The position numbers and the translations under genes are program-made. Shown here piece after piece: positions 34,249-43,045 of a DNA stretch of 64,000 bases (position 1 is the stretch's first letter; the number at the start of each line of letters is the position of its first letter). The notes under the pieces are model-generated. The model was not told the origin of the DNA, searched no databases, and saw nothing but the letters and a program-made list of their open reading frames with translations. Source of the DNA: a virus; the IMG/VR virus record IMGVR_UViG_3300025010_000004, positions 49,295 to 113,294 of that record; one strand, 5' to 3'.

Positions 34249-34563
34249 TTAGCATACCTCTACAATGTAGCAGGTGCTTTCTGGTTTTGTTGGGATGAAC
34301 AGCTTGTAGCCTTTAAAGTACCTAAGGCACCTTTCAGCAAACTCTACTGCATCTTCCCATATAGATGCTGGGCATTCATCAGCTTCTGGGCTAAGCGCTC
34401 TAACCGCTGCTAGAGCCAACGCGTAGTCTGGGTCGAATGTGTCCGTTTTGCTACAAAGGGAATATCCAACCCTAATCTGTCCGTCAATTACAGTCCCTAG
34501 GAACATGCCTACCTTCTGCTCTCTTCCCTGTCTTCGTTTATAAATGTATTGCGTAATGAACAT
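34249..34563 (-). CDS. hypothetical phage protein (GxSxCx3DxFD motif)
   Basis: Start MFITQY with AAGGAGG RBS; GYSLCSKTDTFDP..AL.LA..RA. Confidence 0.7.
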   Translation of the reverse strand: MFITQYIYKRRQGREQKVGMFLGTVIDGQIRVGYSLCSKTDTFDPDYALALAAVRALSPEADECPASIWEDAVEFAERCLRYFKGYKLFIPTKPESTCYIVEVC

Positions 34564-34576
34564 GTGCTTCCTCCTT

Positions 34577-34885
34577 TTAGTTACTGATATATCTAATAAT
34601 ACTTCCGTCATATGTGTAATACCCACTACCGTCCCACCGGTTAATAGTTACCCCGGTAGCCAAATCTTCATTCCTATTTAGCATACTCCAAGTTTTCTTT
34701 TCTAGTTGGCCGCATGGGTATACTCGGTAAACAATATCGTTCCTAGTCTTAACTTCGATATAGTCTTTTCCTTCTACAGTGTCTACCGTAATCTTCCCGT
34801 CTTTGGTAACAAACTCCTGTGCCAATACAATCATAGGCGATGTTACGAGTACCGCAATCATTGATATAGCTAGTACTAATTTCAT
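34577..34885 (-). CDS. secreted hypothetical protein
   Basis: Signal peptide ending VLA|Q. Confidence 0.65.
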   Translation of the reverse strand: MKLVLAISMIAVLVTSPMIVLAQEFVTKDGKITVDTVEGKDYIEVKTRNDIVYRVYPCGQLEKKTWSMLNRNEDLATGVTINRWDGSGYYTYDGSIIRYISN

Positions 34886-34900
34886 TTATATTTCTCCTTT

Positions 34901-35098
34901 TTATTTTGTGCATGCTTTAACTGCTGCTTCTAGTACACCATCAGCGTCTTTTATTACTGATTGGAATGTAAACTTATAAACTATGTCTTTGCTCCATTTA
35001 GGAATTAACTCTACTAGTTCTTCTACAGGAGACACCCTGATTAGAGTTCCTGTTGGTAGCGCTTTATTTAGTCTTTCTACAAAATCTGCTTCTCTCAT
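34901..35098 (-). CDS. hypothetical protein
   Basis: 65 aa, AGAGGA RBS. Confidence 0.6.
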   Translation of the reverse strand: MREADFVERLNKALPTGTLIRVSPVEELVELIPKWSKDIVYKFTFQSVIKDADGVLEAAVKACTK

Positions 35099-35281
35099 GT
35101 TATCCTCTTTAGGAGAAACTGCAAGCTCCTAGGGTTTGAATATCTAAACCTTTAACTCTATTAGGCCAAGGTTTTGTTGCTACTATCTCTTTTAGACTGT
35201 CTATTTCTTTTAGAAGTTCTACCTCAATTTTAAGGTGCTCGATCTCTTTTTCTAGTTGTTTGATTCTTTCTTGGTTAGTCA

Positions 35282-35548
35282 CTATACGCTCCTATAATAA
35301 ATATGCCCATATTGCTCAAACTCTTTATCTGTTATACTAATATGGTAGTCAGAGTCTAGCTGAGATTTCACGTTAGCCATAATTCCACCTATATTGCAAG
35401 GTATTAATTTCCACAAAGTTTTGGTTATGATCGAATTTTTAGAGTAGTGCTCTTGGCATCTAAAGAAGGCTGAAGTTAAGTGTTTTGAAGCCATAGCCAA
35501 GTCATGTGCAGTGGCAAGGTGGTCTTCTAGGGTCATGGGTAGTTTCAT
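35282..35548 (-). CDS. hypothetical protein
   Basis: 88 aa, GGAGG RBS, downstream of a promoter. Confidence 0.7.
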   Translation of the reverse strand: MKLPMTLEDHLATAHDLAMASKHLTSAFFRCQEHYSKNSIITKTLWKLIPCNIGGIMANVKSQLDSDYHISITDKEFEQYGHIYYRSV

Positions 35549-35583
35549 CGTAAATGTTACCTCCGTTTATTATTTATGCTTGC

Positions 35584-35612
35584 ATTATACCACACTTTAG
35601 GTGATTTGTCAA
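35584..35612 (-). promoter_or_regulatory. sigma70-type promoter
   Basis: TTGACA-17-TATAAT with AAAGTGTGG before the -10. Confidence 0.85.
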
Positions 35613-35644
35613 GCTTTATTTTTAATTTTAATGTTACAAACAAA

Positions 35645-35670
35645 GAGGGCGAGAACTTAATCTCGCCCTC
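35645..35670 (-). terminator. terminator after tRNA-Ser and tRNA-sized RNA
   Basis: GAGGGCGAGA-N6-TCTCGCCCTC then TTTGTTT on the minus strand. Confidence 0.75.
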
Positions 35671-35673
35671 CCG

Positions 35674-35749
35674 GTACTGCCTAGCATTCGAACTCACAAA
35701 AAGTGAAAGGAGGAGAACACCTTTCGCAACCGACTAGCTTAAGCAGTAC
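35674..35749 (-). ncRNA. 76-nt tRNA-sized structured RNA with anti-SD-like segment
   Basis: GTACTGC/GCAGTAC closing stem, CTAG/CTAG, GAAAGG-TGTTCTCCT-CCTTTC hairpin. Confidence 0.45.
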
Positions 35750-35753
35750 AATT

Positions 35754-35845
35754 TGGAGGAAGAGCAGGGATTCCAACCCTGAGAGCCTTTCAGCCCAACG
35801 CTTTTCAAGAGCGCGCCCCGCAAAGCCACTGGGGTCAACTCTTCC
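35754..35845 (-). tRNA. tRNA-Ser (TGA)
   Basis: GGAAGAG/CTCTTCC acceptor, CTTGAAA loop, long variable arm, CCA; T-loop TTGGAAT is atypical. Confidence 0.85.
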
Positions 35846-35863
35846 TTAATTTTAATTGAACAC

Positions 35864-35892
35864 ATTATACCATACTTTTGTTGATTTGTCAA
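35864..35892 (-). promoter_or_regulatory. sigma70-type promoter for tRNA-Ser
   Basis: TTGACA-17-TATAAT. Confidence 0.85.
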
Positions 35893-35909
35893 GCTTTATT
35901 TTTAGTTAT

Positions 35910-37301
35910 TTAAAGAATATTTGCTGCTATCTCTGCCAGCTTGCTTCTTTCAGATTTTGTTAGGGTGATGTGCCCAGCTATTGTTTCGTTTTTAAATTTG
36001 TCTACTACATACGACAGGCCGTTGCTTGAAGCGTCTAGATACGGTACATCTATTTGTTCGAGGTCGCCCATAATCAAAATTTTAGTCCCTTCTCCTGCCC
36101 TAGTTATAATAGTTTTAATGGCATGTGGTGTTAACGACTGGGCTTCGTCAATAATTATGTACTGGTTTGGCAGACTTCTTCCTCGAATATGCTCTAGAGA
36201 GCCAAGCTCCAGTATGTTCTGGTCTATGAACTCATGCGCCCAACTTACTTTAGCCCTGTCTTTATTGTCTAGGCTACTAGTGACACTGAACTTCTCGCTC
36301 TTACCCTTTGTCTTAACTTTAGGCACATCATCAGCCTTCTTAGCTTCACCCATAATGAAGTCTATGTTGTCGTAGTAAGATGCCATCCAAGGTGCAAGCT
36401 TTTCTTCCATACTTCCAGGTAGAAATCCTAGTTGGTGTTTGTTGTCCATAGAAATTACAGGCTTTAGTAGTAACACCTTCTTGTACATCTTTTCTACCAT
36501 CACACTATGAAGGCCTGCTGCTAGAGCTACGAGAGTTTTTCCTACCCCGGCCTTTCCTATAATAGTAACCAAACTAATATCTGGGTTCAACAGCAAATCC
36601 AAAGCAAACTGTTGCTCTGAGTTTCTTGGCATCAATCCTAGGGTCTTTAAGTCCTGAGGTAGTAAGTCAAACCGCTTCATAATAGAGTTGTAGGTGACTA
36701 AAGCGGAATGTTTAGGATTGTCCATGCTATACAAAACAAAGCACTGGTTTGGGCTAGGAAAGTCCCCTGTTACAGTTACTAAGGCTTCGTCCAAAGCCCC
36801 TAGTGTATAAATTGCATCTAGGTTATCTTCTGTTACGTAGGCTTTACCTGTTCCTGTATAAAGGGTGTCTACGTTTACTTTAAGGTTATCGTATTCTTCT
36901 GCCTTGATTCCTACGCCCTCAGCTTTGATAGCTAGGTTGGAATCGTTTGTTATTAGGATGCCGTTGCATTGAATAGCTACGGCTAATATACGATTGTCTG
37001 CTAGGTCTTCATCTAGGTCAAGAGGCAGTCTGTCTAGAACTCTCCTAAGGGCTACCTCTATTCTTAGAGTCCCTCCACTTTTAAGGTCAACTCCCTCGTT
37101 TAGCATTCCTAGCTTGCGGCATTCTTTTAGGTTTCTTGCTACCTGCCTAGAGTTTCTTCCTAAATCGCTTTGGTCCTTTTTGTGATTGTCAATCTCCTCT
37201 ATGACTGTTATTGGTATGATTACATTATTGTCATCAAACTTAAACATTGCTTCTGGGTCATTCAACAGTACATTAGTGTCAAGGACGTAGGTTTTGGTCA
37301 T
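35910..37301 (-). CDS. phoH: PIN-PhoH family protein (PhoH2/YlaK-like)
   Basis: YVLDTNVLL, ADNRIL, GKAGVGKT, GFLPG..EK, IRGRSL, IIDEAQ, TRAG. Confidence 0.92.
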   Translation of the reverse strand: MTKTYVLDTNVLLNDPEAMFKFDDNNVIIPITVIEEIDNHKKDQSDLGRNSRQVARNLKECRKLGMLNEGVDLKSGGTLRIEVALRRVLDRLPLDLDEDLADNRILAVAIQCNGILITNDSNLAIKAEGVGIKAEEYDNLKVNVDTLYTGTGKAYVTEDNLDAIYTLGALDEALVTVTGDFPSPNQCFVLYSMDNPKHSALVTYNSIMKRFDLLPQDLKTLGLMPRNSEQQFALDLLLNPDISLVTIIGKAGVGKTLVALAAGLHSVMVEKMYKKVLLLKPVISMDNKHQLGFLPGSMEEKLAPWMASYYDNIDFIMGEAKKADDVPKVKTKGKSEKFSVTSSLDNKDRAKVSWAHEFIDQNILELGSLEHIRGRSLPNQYIIIDEAQSLTPHAIKTIITRAGEGTKILIMGDLEQIDVPYLDASSNGLSYVVDKFKNETIAGHITLTKSERSKLAEIAANIL

Positions 37302-37424
37302 GTTGGTTCCTTAGTTAGATTTAGGCTTCCTTGGTTTTCTAGGCTTCTTGGGTGGCTTCATAGGCATCGGAGCCATTCCCGGCATGGGCATTACTACTGG
37401 TGACATTCTTTACCTCCTTAGTAG

Positions 37425-37619
37425 TTACTTCCAAACGTATGAATTGTCGCTAAGTTTTACACACATTTTGTTTTCGTATACAACTCCTACAGCTTCTTTG
37501 TCGCATACAACTGTAGGTTCCTCTGGAAGTAATACCTCCATAACCTCTAGTGTACTGTCTAGAAATGCACAGCTTGGTAGTACAAAGGCAATTAGTAAAA
37601 TAGGTATGTATTTACGCAT
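37425..37619 (-). CDS. small lipoprotein
   Basis: LPSC lipobox. Confidence 0.6.
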   Translation of the reverse strand: MRKYIPILLIAFVLPSCAFLDSTLEVMEVLLPEEPTVVCDKEAVGVVYENKMCVKLSDNSYVWK

Positions 37620-37635
37620 AGTCTTCCTTTAAAAT

Positions 37636-37711
37636 TGGAGCCTCCTCCCAGATTCAAACTGGGAACCTACTGATTACAAATCAGTTACTCTTTCAATTGA
37701 GTTAAGGAGGC
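37636..37711 (-). tRNA. tRNA-Thr (TGT)
   Basis: GCCTCCT/AGGAGGC, ACTGA-TTTGTAA-TCAGT, CCA; D-loop lacks GG. Confidence 0.85.
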
Positions 37712-37715
37712 AATT

Positions 37716-37786
37716 TGGTCAGGTGTGCTGCGTCTAGCAACGGTCTTCCGCTCACAAAGCGGTTGTTCTAGTTGAACTATCACCTG
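37716..37786 (-). tRNA. atypical/degenerate tRNA (TGT anticodon, Pro-like body)
   Basis: CAGGTG/CACCTG-A-CCA, short D-loop, 5-nt T-loop TAGAC. Confidence 0.5.
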
Positions 37787-37792
37787 TTAGTT

Positions 37793-37877
37793 TGGTGGGA
37801 GATACAGAAATCGAATCTGTACGCCTGTCGGCACGACTTTCTAAAAATCGCATGTCTACCTGTTCCATCAATCTCCC
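37793..37877 (-). tRNA. tRNA-Leu (TAG)
   Basis: GGGAGAT/ATCTCCC, TTTAGAA loop, variable arm, TTCGATT, A-CCA. Confidence 0.9.
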
Positions 37878-37887
37878 AAATATTAAG

Positions 37888-37960
37888 TAGCGGGTACGGG
37901 AGTCGAACCCGTAAGCAGAAGGTTATGAGCCTTTGCGTTAACCATTACTTACAACCCGCA
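37888..37960 (-). tRNA. tRNA-Met (CAT), initiator-like, no encoded CCA
   Basis: 1:72 mismatch, CTCATAA loop, TTCGACT; weak D-arm. Confidence 0.75.
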
Positions 37961-38136
37961 TAAAATTACTCATCCAACATTACCAACTCTTCACCCAAAA
38001 ACGTCCAAACAGCACCGCATAATCCACACTCCCTAACATCTTGAGAAAACCCGTCAGACGAGCTTAGTGCTACTTTTTTACGTTCTTTGCATCTAGGGCA
38101 CTTCATGTTATTTTCCTTTTCAATTTAATATGACAC

Positions 38137-38165
38137 ATTATACCACACTTTGTGTAATTTGTCAA
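38137..38165 (-). promoter_or_regulatory. sigma70-type promoter upstream of the tRNA cluster
   Basis: TTGACA-17-TATAAT. Confidence 0.85.
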
Positions 38166-38168
38166 GCT

Positions 38169-38888
38169 TTATTTTTTGTTCCAGATACTTTTCTTATTCT
38201 CGTATGCTTCAACGTCAAGGGTCCAATCTTTAATAGTTAACTCATGGTTGTTGAAAGGCAGTTGGAAAGTTTCATTTGCAGGGTACCCTCCCCACTTTTC
38301 GCTAAAGTACTTTCCGTCCATTCCAAAAGTAATACTATTAGCACTATTGTAGCTTTCTGACTTTCTTATAGTGGCCGAACCATAGTGCCAAAACAGCGAC
38401 TGGTTTCCTATAAAGGCCCAATTAATGCCGGACAAATGCACCCTATGGTGGTAGTCGTTATCGCTGTAATACACGAACATATTTGGATCGAACGAGCCTA
38501 CGGTTTCGTAGCACTCTTTAGACATTGCCCAACAGTTCCAACTGTATTCATTTGCTACTGCAAACTGTAGGTTTTTATCCTCGAATTCTTTAACATAATT
38601 TTCTAGAAACCCAGGCTCCATTGTCGTATCAGAACCAACCACTACTACTAGCTCGTAGCCATTACTGAATGCATACTCTAGTATTTTATTCCAAGCGGCA
38701 CTTACTCCATTATGGTCAATACTTCTAAGAGTCGTAATTGTCTCTGTAAGCACTGAGTCAAATATACCAGTATCTTTATCTATGAACACAAGGTGGTCTA
38801 CACTATCTGATTTAGGCCAGCTTTTAATACATTTCTCTAGTAGGTCTGGGTTTGAAAATGCGGATGTAGCCAGTAAGCATTTTTTCAT
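38169..38888 (-). CDS. GT-A (GT2-like) glycosyltransferase
   Basis: N.GVSAAWN, VG.FD..FVYYSDNDY..R. Confidence 0.8.
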   Translation of the reverse strand: MKKCLLATSAFSNPDLLEKCIKSWPKSDSVDHLVFIDKDTGIFDSVLTETITTLRSIDHNGVSAAWNKILEYAFSNGYELVVVVGSDTTMEPGFLENYVKEFEDKNLQFAVANEYSWNCWAMSKECYETVGSFDPNMFVYYSDNDYHHRVHLSGINWAFIGNQSLFWHYGSATIRKSESYNSANSITFGMDGKYFSEKWGGYPANETFQLPFNNHELTIKDWTLDVEAYENKKSIWNKK

Positions 38889-38920
38889 ACTAATCCTTTG
38901 CAGGTAACTTTGGTATTAGG

Positions 38921-39640
38921 CTAGAATACTCTAGGGTCGTTCTCATGAGCGCTTAACTCATTTCTTATCTGCTCTTCGGTTATATTATGATGGTGTGCAG
39001 TAAGGCCTTTTTCTAAGTTAGACCTAGACATACGTTCTTTCCTATTTTTAACTCTACGTTCTACTACATAAGAAGGGTCTGCCATCTGCCAGTGACTTCC
39101 TATAAAAGCTGGTTCGTTACTGTCCCACGAGCAGTAATGTTTATCCCCTACCCAACACTCGTGGATACCTAGGCCCCATTTAAAATTAGGCAATCCACCT
39201 TTAATGATATTCGGTTTTTTGTACATTTTGTGAAAGACCCCGTGCCTGCGTTGTTCTTTTATAGGCAGGCTAGGGTTAAGATCAGTTTCTGTATGGTGCC
39301 TAAAAACATCGTACAGCTTAGTAAAGTAAACATCCTTTGTCCCGTCTAAGAGTTGGTAGTCAAGGATAAATTCATCTGCATCGACGAGGAACACAAAATC
39401 TGCAGATGAATTTTGGTAGGCTTGGTTTAGAATATCCGTCTTTATAATATCATCCATTCCCGATGGAAATGAAAAGGAGCGAATTCTAGTATTAGGATAG
39501 CCCTCTACTATTCTTTTGGTATCGTCGGTAGTATCGGCATCTAAATACACAGTGATTAAGTCTATGTCTTTGTAGTGGTTTAAGAAGAATGGCATAAGAA
39601 ATTGTTCGTTATAAGCCATAACAATTAATTCAGTGGTCAT
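38921..39640 (-). CDS. GT-A (GT2-like) glycosyltransferase
   Basis: AYNE...PFFL.HY, D..TTD.T, VDADEF. Confidence 0.8.
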   Translation of the reverse strand: MTTELIVMAYNEQFLMPFFLNHYKDIDLITVYLDADTTDDTKRIVEGYPNTRIRSFSFPSGMDDIIKTDILNQAYQNSSADFVFLVDADEFILDYQLLDGTKDVYFTKLYDVFRHHTETDLNPSLPIKEQRRHGVFHKMYKKPNIIKGGLPNFKWGLGIHECWVGDKHYCSWDSNEPAFIGSHWQMADPSYVVERRVKNRKERMSRSNLEKGLTAHHHNITEEQIRNELSAHENDPRVF

Positions 39641-40527
39641 TATAGTAGCTCTCCCACAAACCCTCTACCTTCTCCGCAGTTTTCGTCATCGGCTATGTCG
39701 CCTCTATAGTTACCTGGATACCAGCTTTTAATATTTTCTGCTAATTCTTCTTTAGTAAACTTATGGTCAAATATTTCTACGTCTGAGTCGTCAACCTTCT
39801 TAAGCCCAGCTTCCCTAAACTTAGCTAGAAGTAGCGGAGTAAACTTCTCAGTCTTATTTTTAATGAACTCCCTCTGCATTGGTATAGCCATACCACAGTT
39901 ACCACAAAGCGCGCTAACTTGGTCTTGAAAGTCGTATGGAGTTTTGTCCCACCACCCATCCACAACAGGCCAAGCGTTAGCCCCGCCGTTTAGTATTAAA
40001 TCCTGGCTGGCTGCGACTTCGCAGAAGTAACTCCCATGTTCATTGATGGTAGGGCACCAACTTTTCTGTACCCAGCACTGATTTAGGAGTTGGTCCTTTA
40101 TACGCTTGTCCTCTACTACCTCCGACAAAGCCACAGTAAGAGGTTGGTGCTTGCACACCTCCTTCTGTGCTGGGTCATGTGGGTTGAATGCTACATACGA
40201 AAACGTTTCATTTATAGTTGGGAGATACTCGTTGTATCTAGGCCCTCCAGAAGTCCACAGGTACACCTTATTTCTAGGAAACTTGCTTCTAATTAAAGCG
40301 CACATTTCTATAAAGTTGCTGTGGAGTACTGGTTCGCCTCCAATTATACCTATAAGGTTAGGCCAGTTCTTAAGGGAGTTTAGAGCTTCTTCTATCTTCT
40401 CTAAGCTCATATCTTTTACCTGGTCTGGCCTTAAATGCCTACTGTATCTGGAGCAGTACAAGCAAGCTCTTCCACATTTTGAGGTAACATCTATCTGGCA
40501 TACCCAGGCGTGATAAATAGGATTCAT
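39640..40527 (-). CDS. radical SAM protein with C-terminal Cys cluster
   Basis: CGRACLYC, GGEPVLH, C..YFC..CGNC. Confidence 0.9.
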   Translation of the reverse strand: MNPIYHAWVCQIDVTSKCGRACLYCSRYSRHLRPDQVKDMSLEKIEEALNSLKNWPNLIGIIGGEPVLHSNFIEMCALIRSKFPRNKVYLWTSGGPRYNEYLPTINETFSYVAFNPHDPAQKEVCKHQPLTVALSEVVEDKRIKDQLLNQCWVQKSWCPTINEHGSYFCEVAASQDLILNGGANAWPVVDGWWDKTPYDFQDQVSALCGNCGMAIPMQREFIKNKTEKFTPLLLAKFREAGLKKVDDSDVEIFDHKFTKEELAENIKSWYPGNYRGDIADDENCGEGRGFVGELL

Positions 40528-40530
40528 TAG

Positions 40531-41115
40531 TTATTTCCTTAGGAACTCTTTGAATTTATCTACAGATATTAACCTCAAGGCATCTACGCGATTCTCTACT
40601 AGCCACTCCCAAGTAAGCTCTTCGTCCACACTAGGATTGTAAATTTTGTGCTCCTTAGGGAAAAATACTCCAACCCCGTAGTCAGTGTCTACTACGAAAG
40701 ATTCGTACCCATAGCCATAATTTATATCTACAACGGCCTTCCACACAGGACCCGTCCATTCTGAACATGTAGGAGGGACTGTTTGTAGATATTCTGAGTG
40801 TGGACTGCAATCATGCATAACTATTACGCCATTTGAATTAAGAACTTCCAGTGAATTCTGAAAATCCTTAAAAGACTGCTCTCTAGTGTGAAGTCCGTCT
40901 ATAAAAACTATATCAAACTTATCTTTATTGCCTGCGAAGAATTCATCAGAAGTCATTTCATGTGTGACCTCTTCACATTGCTTTACAGGGTCAACTCCTA
41001 CCTTAATTTGTGCATTTACGTTTCTTATAGAGTCGCCTACGTTGACACCTATTTCAAGATAGCTTTTGTAGCCGTACTTATCAATAAGACTATTAATTAT
41101 ATCTATTCTATTCAT
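40531..41115 (-). CDS. class I SAM-dependent methyltransferase (Methyltransf_24-like)
   Basis: YLEIGV, GVDP, TSDEFF, FDIVFIDGLH, HDC.P. Confidence 0.88.
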   Translation of the reverse strand: MNRIDIINSLIDKYGYKSYLEIGVNVGDSIRNVNAQIKVGVDPVKQCEEVTHEMTSDEFFAGNKDKFDIVFIDGLHTREQSFKDFQNSLEVLNSNGVIVMHDCSPHSEYLQTVPPTCSEWTGPVWKAVVDINYGYGYESFVVDTDYGVGVFFPKEHKIYNPSVDEELTWEWLVENRVDALRLISVDKFKEFLRK

Positions 41116-42451
41116 GCATTCCCTCTATAGCTACAGATTCGTCTTTCATTACTTCCTCAATTACACCTTCGAATTCTTTTGCAGCAAAGTCCCAACTGAA
41201 CTCAGGTTTGTTGGCGAAGGCTATTGCCGACTTCGACCAAGCCTCTCTCTTTTTATCATCCCTAATCATATTCTTCATAGCGTTGGCGAAATCCGTAGGC
41301 TTTACTAGAGGACGTTCAAACGGCCCGTGCATTCCACCTAACCAGTATTTTTCTGCGTTAACTAAGAGGCCATTGCCTTTAACCATATCAGTTATACTAC
41401 CAGCTCCGTCAACTCCTATCTGTGGTAGTCCACAGGCTGCTGATTCTAAGTGGCAAAGTTCAAACCCTCCGCCTATACAAGTAGAAATAAAGCAATCGGA
41501 CATTCTATATATGTCTGCTATCTCTTCGTTAGTAAGACCTTCAGTGGCTCTGTCTGAACTGTTGTTCGTTATGATTACCTTTCCATTAATTCCAAGCCTG
41601 TCTATAAGTTCTGTTAAGTTCCACCCAACATCAACATTTTTGCAACCCAAGACTAGTACTGAGTTTGGGTATTTCCTTACAACCTCTTTGAATGCCTGCA
41701 AGGCTAGAGGCTGCTGTTTACGAACTGAGTTTCTTCCTACGTATGTAAAAACGAACGCATCCTTGTTAATGTTGAATTTGCTTCTGATTTCAGCTTTGCG
41801 TTCAGGTGAACAGGGGTAGTACGTCGATAGATCAACCCCATGATTTATTGTTTTCATACTTGCTAAAGCCCTACTATAGTTGCCTATATGTAGTTTTATA
41901 AACTCCAGTTGCTTATCTACCCAAGCAGTTTCAGTACTTCTAGATTCTATAAGCTGATGCCCTGCCGCTCTAAGTTTGGTTATCTGTCTGACAAACTCGT
42001 TTCGTATAGACACAAACCCAAATTCGTGGATAGGTACTATGTAGTTAAACCCAGCCAACATTTTAAGCCAGTTAATAGGAAGAGGCGCCCCGTCTATAGG
42101 AACATGAGTAACTGCCTTAAAAGTATTTCTGAGTTTGATAGGCACTATGGTATTATCGTTTATAAAAGAGTTCATGTGTACGTCCAACAGAGATATTACA
42201 ACGGCAGGTTTGTACTCTTCTACGATTGATACAAATTTATCTTCTGAATACTGGTCTTCCCCGCTAGTATATATTTTCCAGTTAGGCTCTTGCTTGTAGC
42301 CTTTACCTTCTGGATTTCCTAGCCCTAGTTCAGCTATTTCGTATTTATTAGTGGCGCTAAGTCTGTTCAGCAACTCTAAGGATACTTTTCCAAATCCTGA
42401 GTTAGAGGATACTGAGCAGTCAGAGTGCCATAGAATTTTAAGTTTGGACAT
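41108..42451 (-). CDS. GT-B (GT4-like) glycosyltransferase
   Basis: SGFG, HGVD..Y.P, VGRN..RK, IY..SD, GGFEL..LE..ACG.P. Confidence 0.88.
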   Translation of the reverse strand: MSKLKILWHSDCSVSSNSGFGKVSLELLNRLSATNKYEIAELGLGNPEGKGYKQEPNWKIYTSGEDQYSEDKFVSIVEEYKPAVVISLLDVHMNSFINDNTIVPIKLRNTFKAVTHVPIDGAPLPINWLKMLAGFNYIVPIHEFGFVSIRNEFVRQITKLRAAGHQLIESRSTETAWVDKQLEFIKLHIGNYSRALASMKTINHGVDLSTYYPCSPERKAEIRSKFNINKDAFVFTYVGRNSVRKQQPLALQAFKEVVRKYPNSVLVLGCKNVDVGWNLTELIDRLGINGKVIITNNSSDRATEGLTNEEIADIYRMSDCFISTCIGGGFELCHLESAACGLPQIGVDGAGSITDMVKGNGLLVNAEKYWLGGMHGPFERPLVKPTDFANAMKNMIRDDKKREAWSKSAIAFANKPEFSWDFAAKEFEGVIEEVMKDESVAIEGMHE

Positions 42452-42517
42452 TAAAAGCTTCCTTCATATAGTTTATATACATCAAAGTGGTGGTAAAATA
42501 TTAAAGTTATTTTCTAA

Positions 42518-42703
42518 TTACTGTGGAGTATACCCGTCTTTTGCCCAGCCTTTACCTTTGAAAACTACAGCTACAGGGCCTACAGTTGGTTCCATGTCGC
42601 TTCCGCAGGTTGGACATTCGTACGTCCTAGGACTATTATATTTTTTATATACGTCAGTTACAACTTCTCCGCATAATTTGCAACTAAAATCAAGCAACGG
42701 CAT
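42518..42703 (-). CDS. FmdB-family zinc ribbon protein
   Basis: MP..DF.C..CG...CP.CG...FKG.GW. Confidence 0.85.
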   Translation of the reverse strand: MPLLDFSCKLCGEVVTDVYKKYNSPRTYECPTCGSDMEPTVGPVAVVFKGKGWAKDGYTPQ

Positions 42704-42706
42704 TTT

Positions 42707-42979
42707 CTATTTCCCCCTGTTCTTACGTCTTGAATCTTTGGCCATCTTGCGCTTGACCTTGGATTTAGCTTTTTTATTCTGAACCTTCTTCTGTGTAATC
42801 TCAAGCTTCTTTAGTTGAGATTTTTTGTAGGCCAGCAAATCAGCCACAACTTTATCGCGGCGGGATACTGCCTCTTCTATTCTAGCTACCTCGTCTACTG
42901 AAATTGATTCGCCGGGTGAATCTGTCATTTTAAATCCTCCTTGATTTTTAAATAATGCATTATACCATACTTTGCCCAA
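42707..42979 (-). CDS. small basic protein
   Basis: Probable start MTDSPG (AAGGAGG RBS); K.KRKMAKDSRRKNR tail. Confidence 0.65.
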   Translation of the reverse strand: MGKVWYNALFKNQGGFKMTDSPGESISVDEVARIEEAVSRRDKVVADLLAYKKSQLKKLEITQKKVQNKKAKSKVKRKMAKDSRRKNRGK

Positions 42980-42987
42980 AAAGTCAA
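42959..42987 (-). promoter_or_regulatory. sigma70-type promoter
   Basis: TTGACT-17-TATAAT, divergent from the late region. Confidence 0.8.
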
Positions 42988-43045
42988 GTAAAATATTTCA
43001 ATTTGGAAAAATAAAAAATTATTTTCACTTTCTGAAAGATTTTAC

